Part shown: positions 43,701-58,434 of the stretch, in pieces | How positions within the stretch are numbered: position 1 is the stretch's first letter | Layout: each line of letters begins with the position of its first letter | Position numbers and translations under genes: made by a program | DNA from: Macrostomum lignano | Lineage: Eukaryota | NCBI GenBank assembly: GCA_002269645.1 | Contig: NIVC01000023.1 | Span: 62,001 to 126,000 of the forward strand | Reading direction: 5' to 3' | DNA: 64,000 nucleotides | Notes under the pieces: model-generated | Database searches by the model: none | The model's input: only the letters and a program-made list of their open reading frames with translations | What the model was told of the DNA's origin: nothing

Positions 43701-44882
43701 ATGTCCAAATGTACAAATGAGCTGAAATTTGTGCCAAAACTTCTTGAACAGCTGTTCTGTTAAATGGTGAATGTATGCATGAGTTTTTATGTAACGATTT
43801 GAAAATATTGACCACAGAGAACTTGCTGATTGAATATAAAAAAATAACAAAAAGTCGACCTAATTAAGTTTGGGTGAGACAGAGCAACTTGCACTTTTAA
43901 GCTGCTGATTTTTCAGTCACTCAAACGAAGCAATCCATCAACAAAAAATCCTTTGGACTATGGGATTAAAAGGAGAGCCAATGGCACTTTATTCTGGCTT
44001 GCTTTGTTCAGCATGTCAAATTGCTTGCATTTTCACTTGTACCCCCATTTATGAGTAACAGCAGCTGTGCAAGATTTTAGGAAAAAAAATTTAGAGCTTT
44101 TTTTGGAAAATTCATTTTGTTCATGGTAAACTTAGTCTGGAAACTTTCCCAACAACCCAACTGCAAGATGTTGGTTGGCATTTTATTTTATTTTTTATTT
44201 TTCCACTGATTCCAGCGGGTATCCAGGTTTTGAATTAAGCATCCTGACTGGATCAAGGATTCCAAATGCACTGCACCTAATGAAAATGTTACCTAGGCCA
44301 TTAAGCATCCTATAGTCACATCACACTGCAATTTTAAGATTTTGCAACTCAACTCAAGTGATGCACTTGTGACTTAACAGATTCCTTTCTGTTACATTGC
44401 AGTATTTTGAGTCATTAAAAATCACAAGACAAGAGTTGCTAGAATCACTAGTGAGGTATTTTCAATGACTCTTTAGTGATTCCAGTCATGATAACATTTT
44501 CAACAGGGCAAGACTGAAGCCTAAAAATTGTGGATCTAAGCTTGCAGTAAAGGTAGAGCGAGAATGGTGACCCCAGTGCCAGTGCTATGCAAATTAGCCT
44601 ATACATAGGGATTTAAGATAACTAGTGCAGTCAATTAAAATTAAAAACTAAATTATTAAAGATAAAAATTGCAGTTCAATTAAAACAAACCTTATTACTA
44701 TTGCCATCATGCTGACTGTTACAATATTGCTTCCAAAACTGAACAGCAAAATAGATAGCAAGCAGAACAGTGGCATAACCAAACAGATTGGCAACAAGTT
44801 TGCCTAGCCACCACCATTGCCCAATATAGCCAGTATTAGCAATAGCAAATGCTGTAGACTGATATTTTTTGTTTCTATCCAT
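40770..44882 (-). CDS. SLC35B2: Adenosine 3'-phospho 5'-phosphosulfate (PAPS) transporter 1 (slalom orthologue)
   Basis: Exons 44691-44882, 42819-43359, 41293-41507, 40770-41126, phase-consistent. Motifs [57 protein letters not shown] and [17 protein letters not shown] match SLC35B2. Confidence 0.95.
41590..42700. repeat. 24/27 bp minisatellite GGCGATTCTTAGAATGGTGAAAGCTAG, SLC35B2 intron
   Basis: Direct; two unit variants interspersed. Confidence 0.94.
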
Positions 44883-46959
44883 TGCTACTATTAATTGATA
44901 ACCAGACAACTGGAAGAAACACAATGCTTACTACTGCTGCTACAAGTGTGGCCAAGGACAGGCAAACTTGCCCTAAGCAAAGTTTTCTATACAGTTTGCT
45001 ATTGTGTCAAGTGCCTGGTTAGTGTTTAAAGCTTGCTATTTGCTATTAACCCTGTTAGCAAAAGTATCTGACTTTTGCAAGTTGTTTATTTGTAATTATA
45101 GGTTGCTGAAATTAAAAAGATAGAATTTAAAAATTAAAAGAGCTAGTTAATTAATAGTTTAACTTAAGGTCAAATTAATTTTTTTTCATTTTTATAGGTT
45201 TAAACTTATTTAATAATATATTTAATATAGATATATCAATAAATAATTAAGCAAATCTTAATTTTTTTGTAAATTAAAATCAATATCTTTTTATAGATAC
45301 CTATCTAATCTATTGCATTTTTGCAACAAATGGTATCATAAAATGTCAAGACTCAAGGTCAAGGGCTTGCTAAGATGTCAAAGGTCAATTAGAAGTTGTA
45401 GGTAAACCAAGTATCAAATGAAAAGTAAGTTAGAGGGTTAATCTATGACTTAAAGTTAAAGAAGCTTTGATATAATAAGTGCAAAGGGGATGCTAATAAT
45501 ATTAGGTTGTCTAATGAGCTTTACAAAAGTTGGGCTAACACAATTTTTTTTTGAAAATAGGACCAATACTTCTCATAGTATAAATATAAACTCTTCTAAA
45601 AGTAATTTTTGTAGAAAATTACAAATATACACTAGAAAATAGACAAATTATCTTTAAATAGAGATATATCCCTAATAGTGCAATATATACAAAGTTGACC
45701 ATTTTTATGATTTTCAATTTTTATACATTTTTACCAAAAAATAGGTTTACAAAATAAAAAATATTATAGGAAAATACTAAATTTCTATAATTTTTCATTT
45801 TTTTACATTTTTACTAAAAAATAGGTTTACAAAAATTAAATATATTATAAGAAAATACTACATTTTATAAGAAAGTCTAAACAAAACCTAGCCTATATTT
45901 ATTGAAATATACAGTAAATATAACATTTTAAAAACTTTTTGTCCTAACACGAGCTATTCCAAATTCTTTCTTGCATTAAACTTGAAATAAAAATTTAATG
46001 TATAAGAAACTTTTTGTTTCAGTTTTGGCAAATATTTTGACATTGTTTTTAGTTACACACTCACTAAGCAAATAGTATACAAAAACCATTTGTAGATATG
46101 TGCCATAAAAAGATATTTCAGTTTAAATTTTCTACCAAAATACATGTAATACTCGTATACTATTGAAAGATGAAAATATGATTTATGTTTGACAAAGTCT
46201 GTTCAATATACATATTTATTAATGATTCTAAAGCATTTTTATGGCAAAAATGATGAGCACAGTAACAATAGCACATTGTGCACCAACTTTTTGTAATGAT
46301 GGGTTTTTATATATTTTTATATATTTTAGTGGCAATATGCATAATTACTACCTATATAACTACTTATACTATAAACTAAAAATCCTAAGTATTTAACATT
46401 GAATTGCATTTTAAACAAACTACTATGGTATCATTCTTTAAATTTTCATTGTTTTGCAGTAATAGGTAAAAGTATTTACTGGTAAAAGTAAATAAGTAAA
46501 TAAGTAGGTAAAAGTATCTAGGTAGCTTGTCGAAGTTTGCTTGCATTAACTATGCTTGCCAAAATTTGCATGCAGAAAATTTGCTTGCCAAAGTTTGCTA
46601 AGCAAAGTTTTCTTAAGGAACCTTAAAGAACCTATTTTTGAGCTCTTGTATTTCTAATTTTCATTTTCTAAGATTCATAGAAGTTGCCTAGAATGTTATG
46701 ATTTTAGCCCTAATGCAGAAACTTTTGAAAATCCATGGAACTTTTGGTTCTATTTAACTTTTGTACCTGGCATTCCTTTGGTTTACAAGCATTTTTCTAC
46801 CCACATTTCAGTTTACAATCCCCAAGTAATTTTTTTTATATAAATGATCATAGCTTGCTTGAAATAAATAAAAATTGTCAAACTGAGCTTATTCATTACA
46901 TTAGAAAAAACTGAATGGAGTAGCTGACAAGTGGTTTCTTTCATGGCATGGCAATGACA

Positions 46960-47945
46960 AGGATCCTATATATCCACTTCGGTTTATGATCATTTAAATA
47001 GAAGCAATACATGTAAATGATCTTGAACCGAAGCTAGCATGTGTGTAAGGGCGTTAGTGCATGAATTCAATTTCCAAAAATGAATCCAAGAAGACGATCC
47101 TATATATCCACTTCTGTTTATGATCATTTAAATAGAATAGATACATGTAAATGATCGTGAACTAAAGCTAGCGTATGTGTGTAATGGGGTTTTGGTGTTT
47201 TACAAGCTTTATCTAAAATCAATCACTATCTCAATACATGGCTAGCTTTGGTTAACAATCATTTACATGTATTTCTTCCATTTAAATGATCGTGTACCGA
47301 AGCTGAGGGGGGTGTTGAAGACATATGTAGTCACATATATTTATTTGTTCAACTGGGACTTGTTGGCAATTGAAATGTCATCTTAAGTTAATGTGCACTC
47401 CCAAGTAACTTGATGCTTTCTTATTCTCTACATGCTGCCACCCTCCCCTCAGCTTTGGTTTACAATCATTTAGATGTAAGCAATACATGTAAATGATTGT
47501 GAACTGAAGCTAGCCATATATTGAGATAGTGATTGATTTCAGATAGAGCTTGTAAAACACCAAAACCCCGTTACATATATATGCTAGCTTCGGTTCACAA
47601 TCATTTATATGTATCTCTTCCATTTAAATGATTGCAAACTGAAGTGGATATATAGGATTGTCTTCTTGGATTCATTTTTGGAAATTGAATTCATGTACTA
47701 ATGCTTTTACACATACACTAGCTTTAGTTCACGATCATTTATATATATATATATCTTCCATTTAAATGATTGTAAACCAAAGTGGATATATAGGATCATC
47801 TTCTTGGATTCATTTTTGGAAATTGAATTCATGCACTAACCCCTTACATATACGCTAGCTTTGGTTCATGATCATTTACATGTATTGCTTTTGTTCAAAT
47901 GATCGTAAACCGAAGTGGATATATAGGATCATCTTTGGATTCTTG
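46960..47945. mobile_element. Modular foldback repeat (inverted arms built of ~135 bp subunits)
   Basis: Left arm 46960-47310 begins GATCCTATATATCCACTTCGG; right arm 47445-47945 ends CCGAAGTGGATATATAGGATC. The left arm has two subunits and the right arm three. Confidence 0.82.
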
Positions 47946-48111
47946 AAACTGTGAAATGGATAACTATAACCCCTTTACCTTCTTTTTTCATTTGAACATG
48001 CAGCTAGTGTTATGATAGATAAATAAAAAGGATTGGAGTGCTTGTCTATTGTTTTTTTGCATTTTGATGAAATAAACAACAATTTTGTATCTTCCCTATC
48101 TCTCCAATGGG

Positions 48112-51100
48112 CACTAGCGCAACTAGGGGGGGGGGCGGGGAGGGCGGCCACCCCCCCCCTTATGGGTGACCGTCTGACCAAACAGAATAAAACATGATTT
48201 TTGTTCATTGAAGATATCGAGGGATTGAGGTAATACTAACAACTTTTCTGTTTACAGTTTAGATTTAGAAGGAAAGCCTACTGGAGTTAAGTAACCAAAT
48301 ATGTCGCTTGGCAGGCAGGCAGCCCCGGCTGGGCACAGCAGACTGCAGTTTTGTAAGCTTAAGCTAAACCGCCTTCCTCCCTATCACTATCATGCCTATT
48401 AGCCCTTTTGCTGTTGGCAGTTTGACCCTCTTCCCTTCCCTTCCCTTCCTATCCTACCCTAAACAAGCTAGCCCCCCAACCCAAGCCAACCATGCCAAGG
48501 CCCAAATGTACAGTAGTTGTTATTGAGTCTTCAGTGTTGTGTTTTAATCGAAATGTGTAGTATTGGACATTAGACAAGGGAGGGAGGCAAGGAAGAGTGG
48601 TGATGGACGTGGTCCAAGGGAAAGGAAATGTGTGGCTGAGCCTGAGGTGGGCCTAGTCTTGGTGCCTCTACACTGGTGCCTGCCTTCCCCACCCCATCCC
48701 CACCTCACCCTTCCCAAAGAAAGATGTACATGTAAAGAGGATCGAAAATGTACAGTACAAGTTCAATTTCTGACTGTTATTTCTACTGTTGTTATTGCCT
48801 ACTGGTATAAGAGCAGAGCAGAGTTTTTAACATTAGGAATACTTGGATATTAACTGTTCTAACGGCAATTGTCTGTTGACTTGACTTATTAAGATTTCAG
48901 TCAATTAAGTAATTAAATCAACACGCAAAAAGCTGCAAAGCAGGAGAGATCTAGTCTAGATTTAGATCTATGAATGGTAAAGATAATCGGGACCAGGACT
49001 CGCAGTCCCCCCAGTCGGATTTGGAGTTGCTTCGAGTTCGAGCTGCTGCTGCAATTCCTGTTTTTGCAAAAAACATGTGATTCAGCTTCATTAGCAGCAC
49101 CACTATTGGATGATGATGAAGTGCAATCGGCGTTGGCCTTGGCCTCACTTCCTGTTCCTGCTCCAACATGTGATTTTGTGCCACTTGTGCCTGAATGCCT
49201 ATGTGACCCTGACCCAGATCGAGGACCAGCACGAGTTGGTCCACCACCAAAGAAGTGTCAGCGGCTCCTAACATCCTTTTTTGGCCACAATTCACCTGGA
49301 CCCATCAGTGCTTCTGCTGACCCCGTGGCCACTACTGCAGCTGCAGCTGCTAAATCAGGTTTAAATCCTGATCCTGCTAGAGCTGGTCTGAATGAGTCTG
49401 CTCTGGATGGCGCAGATGCCAGGCCAAGTTCAAAGCCTATGCCAGTGGATTCATCAGTAGAATCAACAAGTGCGCCAGCTCTTTCAAAGTAAGCAATCAG
49501 AATTTGGCATGTTTTACTTTAGGACTGCTGTACAAATGGAGAAATGTTACAATGTATTGCAGAATTTGCTTTCGCAGATGACAATGTCAATGCATGACAT
49601 CAACACGATACATTAACTAATTCAAAGTATTTACCTAATCAGCTTAACTGTTTTCCTCTTTATTCAGGCTTGACATTGGACTCTTCTATAACCCTGCTGA
49701 TTCAGCCACAAAACTGCAATTTCTCACCAATTCTTGGATGCCTCCTCCAACCTACCAAATGCCATACGAGGAGCGAATGTCCAAGGGTGAAGTTGAGAAA
49801 TGTTACTTGCGGCTTGACCATCTACAGAGAACTCCATGGCTGACATTCTCTCATGCAAGGAATGGACTTTTCTGCCGCATTTGCGTCATCTTCAGCTTAC
49901 ATGAGAGCTCTAATTTCAAGGTATGCAAGTGAGACTTGAGAGGGGAGGAGAGGCCAGGGTGACAGAGTCCAACAGACTGGGTGGGACCGTGGGGTTGAGC
50001 ATTCAATTTGATTGTAAAAAATCAGTATCCCTCTAGCCTCTATGATTGATTAGATTGGATTGGGTTATTACATTGTATTATCTGTTCTGCAATCTGCTTC
50101 ATTGACACGTTATTCAATGAGTTCAAGTTCAATTTAATCCAACTTAAAATCCGCTTTTGTCTTTTTGTAGTTATGTCTTTTAGTTACATAAGCAACAGCA
50201 GCAAGCTCTACCATTAATCCCGATTCAGATGCTTTTGGGAAATGTATATGATTTCAATCTGTTTTACATTTCTTCAGGGCCAAGCACTTGGAAAGCTTGT
50301 CAATGAGCCATTGCGGCAGTATTCCCGACTCTATGGTGTTGATGGCTATGTCACGGCGCATGAAAAAATGTAGTATCACAAGAAGAATAGTCTCATGGCC
50401 AGCCAGTTTAAGCGATTGCTGCCAGAAGATCACATTGATGCTCAGCTGGCTCTGCAAAAGGCTGATACTCTAAGCAAGAAAAGGAAGGTTCTAATCTCCA
50501 TCATTCGTGGTAAGTTTAAGTAACATTTAATTTAATTTACTTTCTCAGAACAAACTAGTGAACTTTAGAGACATAGGATTCATTCATCCACTCATATAAA
50601 TATAAATCCTATTTCAGCAATTCTGGTGTGTGGAAAAAGTGGACTCGCTCTTCGTGGCCATCGTGACAGCAGTCAAATTTTGGAACCCCAAGATCACAAT
50701 GATAGTGTGTTTCGTGAGCTGCTGCGTTCATTTGTCGATGCCGGTGACAAAGACCTGGAAGACCATCTACGCCATGGGCCTGCAAATGCGAAGTACACCA
50801 GCTGGCTGATTCAAAATAGCTTAATTGAGTGTCTAGGTGAAGTCATCCTTGATCAGCTTCAAATGCAAATAAGCAAATCAAAGTTTCTGTCGATACTTGC
50901 TGACGAGACAACTGACTCTTCCCAACAGGAGCAGATGACGATTTGCATCTGCTACATTAACAAAGGAGCAATATATGAGGATTTTTTAGGATTCTCTTAT
51001 GCAGAAGATCTGACTGGCGAGGGACTTGGCAACCAGATTCTGAGTGAGATGGCGCATCTATAGATTGATCTGGAATGTAAGCTAGTTGGGCTTGGCTTCG

Positions 51101-52859
51101 ATGGTGCGAGTGCGATGAGTGGAAAATTCTGAGGTGCCCAGGCCGTAATACGGCAGAAGTACCCATCCACAATCTATATCCACTGTGCTGCATACTGCCT
51201 CAACCTTGTAATCTCAAAAAGCAGTGAAGTTGCTCAAATTCGCAATACCTAGGATATTGTCCGTGAAGTTGGAACATTTTTTAATTCGTCAGCTCAGCAC
51301 GTTAAGTTGCTGGAGGACGCTGTCATCAAGGCTGCCGCTTCCGCTGAAGATGCTGCTGATGCTTCGTCTCAAATTAAGCGTGTGAAAGTGCTTTGTGACA
51401 CACGCTGGGTTGAGCGACATGATGCTCTCCTGAATCTGTCAAAGCTACTACCATCCATCTTTTTGTCACTTGAAGAGCTCCAATCTCGACAAGAGAGTGC
51501 AGAAGCTTCACAGAAAGCAAAGATGCTACTCTGTGCCATGGATGGAGAGTTTATTGTATCACTCTGCATTCTTAAGTCGACGCTAACAGTCCCCAAAGGG
51601 CTCTTGGAAGCATTGCAATGAACCGCCATCAATTTGTTGAGTGCTCAAAGCTTGATTGCCACTGTTGTGGGTGAAATCCAGCAGTGGCACTCAACTGATG
51701 ACTACTTTGATCAGCTTTGGAGCGAAATTGAGTCAATAGCAGCGCAATTGGAGATCAGCATCAAGCCTCTAAGACGCTCAGGTAGACAGCGTCATCGTGC
51801 CAACACTCCAGCATCAACTGCAAAGGACTACTGGCGATTAAATGCTTATTATCCATTCCTGGATTCTACGCTAGCTAATTTTGACGATCAATTCAAAAGC
51901 CTAAAATCAATTGCTTCCGGACTCTCAGCCATTTTGCCTAACAATTGTGTGCGCTGCGAGTTTTCAGACATGACTAGTACTGCAGTCCACTTCGCTAGCT
52001 ACCTACCAACTGATGAGATGGACTTAATAGAAGCGGAATTCAAGCTGTGGCAACGGCTGTGGAAGAACGACGAACCTAAAAATCGCCCGCGCCCGTCAAC
52101 TATTACTGAGTCTTTGAAAGTTTGCGATAGTGACTGCTTTCTGAATATGCATGCACTGCTCATGATCTATGCAACTTAACCAGTATCAACAGCCATTGGA
52201 GAGCGCTCGTTTTTGACACTGAAGTTTGTCAAAAGTTACCTGTGCAGCACTATGGGTGAAGAGCGACTAAATGGCCTGGCACTTATGTTCATCCACCGAG
52301 AGCTGCTATCCAACATTTCTGAAGTGAGCAATGCTGCAGTGACTAAGTTCTTGCAGATGGATCAGCACCGATGGGCAGCATTTTGATTTTGATTTGCCTT
52401 AATGAAGCAGAAGCAATGAATGTAAACTGGTAACTGACAGTGAATCAAATTTTATGTTTTCTTTCTAACTAGCAATTGTATGCCTCCTCTGAGATGCGGG
52501 ACATAGAGCACAGTATCTGAAAAAATAAATAATCATCCCCCTGTTGACAACTATAACAAGTATTTTTTGCTTTGCACAGTTGCAATTGTTAAATAGAAGT
52601 AACCAATTTGAAGTTGCGCCTTTTCTATTTGTTTAAATAAATTAACACATTGATTAAATTACTAGCAATGTTTCATTCATCACCCTTGATTTCCTGACCA
52701 TTTGGCATTTTATGTTTGTTTATAATTGGTCACAATTCACAAACTTCAAGAGACTGTTCTGTTCGTAGTGTATCCATAATCCAATAGTCAATAGATGCAC
52801 TCGTAGAAGCTGCTGGTCTGCTCTGCCCCCCCCTTAAGAAAATCCTGGTTGCACCACTG
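48112..52859 (+). mobile_element. Full-length but defective hAT DNA transposon (4.75 kb)
   Basis: Perfect 8 bp TSD CCAATGGG (48104-48111 and 52860-52867); imperfect 16 bp TIR (CACTAGCGCAACTAGG vs CAGTGGTGCAACCAGG, 12/16); internal transposase pseudogene. Confidence 0.93.
48974..52386 (+). pseudogene. hAT transposase pseudogene (TTF-type zinc finger, DUF4371-like core, hAT dimerisation domain; ZMYM1/THAP12-like)
   Basis: Exons about 48974-49488 (start uncertain), 49668-49920, 50278-50509, 50618-52386. Motifs WLTFSHARNGLFCRIC, LALRGHRD, LADETTD, GFDGASAM, HCAAYCLNL, CDTRW, GERSF and EERLNGLALMFIH. Premature stops at 50371, 51061, 51130, 51250, 51619 and 52177. Confidence 0.93.
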
Positions 52860-53364
52860 CCAATGGGGATTGTCACTAATTTCAATGATCATAAACTGAA
52901 GGAATGCCTTGTACCTCAGTGACAAATAGGGCCTACACAACACTAGTACTTGTGCAAATCTACTAGTCCTAGTGTGTTTACATTTTTATATACTAATTAT
53001 TATTAGTATATCGTATATGCATTATTATACATTAGCATAACTACAATTATTAAACCTTCTCAATTGTACTGAAATCAGGAACTACAAAGATTTATACTGT
53101 TACCAATCCTTATCTATCTATACTAAATCTCTAATCATTCTATAGGCCCTATACTAAATTCTTAGAATAAAACTATATTCTATGAGCCTAGTTTGAAAGC
53201 TTATCAAGTGTCAAGTCAGTTTACATTGACACTGATAAGAATCCACTTGCAAAGCATCTGTAGACTGTAGTCTACAGATGTAGACTGACCAATTTCACAA
53301 GCAATCAAAACAATAATTTGGCAAGTTAAAACCTTGCAATTGCAATACTGCTCAGGCCATAATA

Positions 53365-53480
53365 CATTAGACACTACCAGAATAATACATTTAGACGATA
53401 CCAGAATAATACATTAGACGCTACACCAGAATAATACATTAGACGCTACCAGAATAATACATTAGACGTTACCAGACAAT
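53365..53480. repeat. ~23 bp tandem repeat ACATTAGACGCTACCAGAATAAT (about 5 copies)
   Basis: Direct. Confidence 0.85.
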
Positions 53481-54507
53481 AAGACTACTCAGAAATATAA
53501 TAAATGAAATTATAAGAAATAGCTAGAAACTTATTAAGACATATAAGCATCCCCTGCGACAACTTTGGTGGCATAAAACAAATTAGAATACTAAAACAAC
53601 GAGACACATTTTTTACGTTTTGGCAGACGGTGCACCGTTACCGTACGAAACGAATAGTCGTCGTGTCGTCGTGGAAAAGTTGTCTTTCGAAGAAAAATGA
53701 AAATTCATAAACTGTGTGTGCTTTAACAAATTTATACTATAAGAAAGTTAAATACGTCTGGAATTTTTGTATAAATACATGTTATGCTTCTTTTATATGC
53801 CTTTTAGTTACAGATTAATTTAAATTTACAGAATAATTGATTTGCTAATAACACCAAACAAACTTTTAAGCTAGGATTTATGGACTTATTTTCTTAACTT
53901 CATTCACTTCACGAAATCAGTTAATTGTCTTGGCAAAAATTAGGTTTAAATTGTTAAATAGGTTGTTTTTAAATTATCAGCATCGAATAATCTCTGGACC
54001 TAACTGAATTATTTTAGCATTAGAGCCATAATTTACTCTGAATTTTTCTAGAAAAAATGATTAAAAGTTATGAGTATGTAATTTTTGCTCTATTTTAGCA
54101 AATGAATGAATTTCTTATCTTTTATCCCTTTGTTTAAAGTATTATTAGTGTAGTTTTAGAGCATCTTTTGGCGCTAAAATTATGTTGTGAGCTGATCATA
54201 TTTAATTTTACAATATGCATTTAACTATCTACTGTTTTGAATCATATTGTGTATGCATACAACATACAAACTTACTGAACTTTTATTTCTGGCAAGCACA
54301 AATGGGGGGTGTAACAATGACAGAAAGTTTTCGAGTGCTATTCTTTGATATCAGATCCAAAGTTATTATTCTACATTTATGACTTATTAATTGGTATTTA
54401 AAGTTTTTCGTTACCCATTTCTGTCGTAAATAAGCTGTATTGGCAAAGAAAATATCAGAATTTGAGCGCGCTGTTTAGCGGGCTATTCGAGTTTTTGTAG
54501 CAGAGCT

Positions 54508-56953
<2,446 letters not shown>

Positions 56954-57192
56954 GTGAGGCTGAGAAATATTTTCTACTATGAGTAGCTTTGTATCGACTT
57001 GCTCCCGACAAATCTTGTGTTCTGGTATACCAGCTACTAATATATTTGCAATTCACTTCAGCGCAAATTGAATTGTTGTTAAAGACATTCTGGCGTCCAT
57101 ATTTTTTGTAGGCAATGCCAACCAATCAGACTCAGGGATGGCCGATTGGCCTGTCAGAAATATTGATTGATTGTGCCATTGGCTTCAGTATA

Positions 57193-57481
<289 letters not shown>

Positions 57482-57482
57482 C

Positions 57483-57647
57483 TTCCGTCGGCCACAACAG
57501 TCCAAACTTTTGGCACTAAGTAAGCATGATGCTAAATTTTTCATAGAAGTGCGGTTGACCATGATTTGTTTAAATATTTACTAACAAAATAGAATTTTAG
57601 CATTTCCAAATAACGCTTGCTGATGCCCGAGTTTCGCGTTTAGACAT
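57483..57647 (-). mobile_element. 165 bp dispersed repeat joined to a (GACA)n tract, copy 2
   Basis: Reverse complement of 10000-10164 with one substitution. Confidence 0.85.
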
Positions 57648-58434
57648 TTAGCTTAGTCTCAGCTTCTAAAGCCTCATCTCACTAAGCGAGTTCAGTTGTC
57701 TTTTCTGCTATTTTTACAAGAAAGTTCTCTTAGTTCTAATGTTTTCATTAATTTTAGGTCATCGCACCAGAGACAGTAAAAAAGCACACTTGTACTACTT
57801 TAAATAGTCACTTTTAAATTGTATCCAGCTTTAAATCTTTTTTAATTGAATGCATGTACGAGCAAGCGTTACTGTTTTATTTATTAAAATTCATTGCATA
57901 CTTTGGCGCAGATTTAAATTTCGAATGCATTTGTGCACAAAGACTTGATAAGGGCTGTTTACCGGTAGAACTGAATTTGATGACGGAATTCAAATTATGC
58001 AAATCTTGCTGCAGCATCTTGGCTGAGTTTCTCACTACATCAGCTTTGAGCCACCCAGCTAGTCAGGTAGTTCTGGTAAGAGTGTAACCATGCCAACCGA
58101 AATCAACTATTATATCTCTTTCACTGCACTACCATCGATCACCGCTGTTAAAAAACGCACGGAATCTCTCTATTCACCTTGATAAAGCATTGTTTGATCG
58201 GTTCAAAGCACCACTAAGCAGCAAATTTTTGTTCACTGCAATATCGTAAAAAACTTTATTAATTTTTTGCTTTTTAATTAAGTCGTCAGACTATGAAAGG
58301 TACATGTACCTATTTATCATATGCCAGGAAGAATTGCCTTTTTACTTCTCTATTGATTGGTTAATTAGTATTTTGCTAACTAATTTTGCATCCCAACTGT
58401 TAGTTATTGCGTTGAATTGAGGTCATCATAATGA

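Noticed and set aside
31180-52386. A THAP12/PRKRIR-like fusion of the THAP gene with the hAT transposase
   Set aside because: They are 15 kb apart with minus-strand genes between them; the THAP gene has its own stop and the hAT is bounded by its own TSD.
57854-58250. Additional exon(s) of the plus-strand gene
   Set aside because: Candidate frames are either phase-incompatible with neighbouring exons or interrupted by stops; no confident model.
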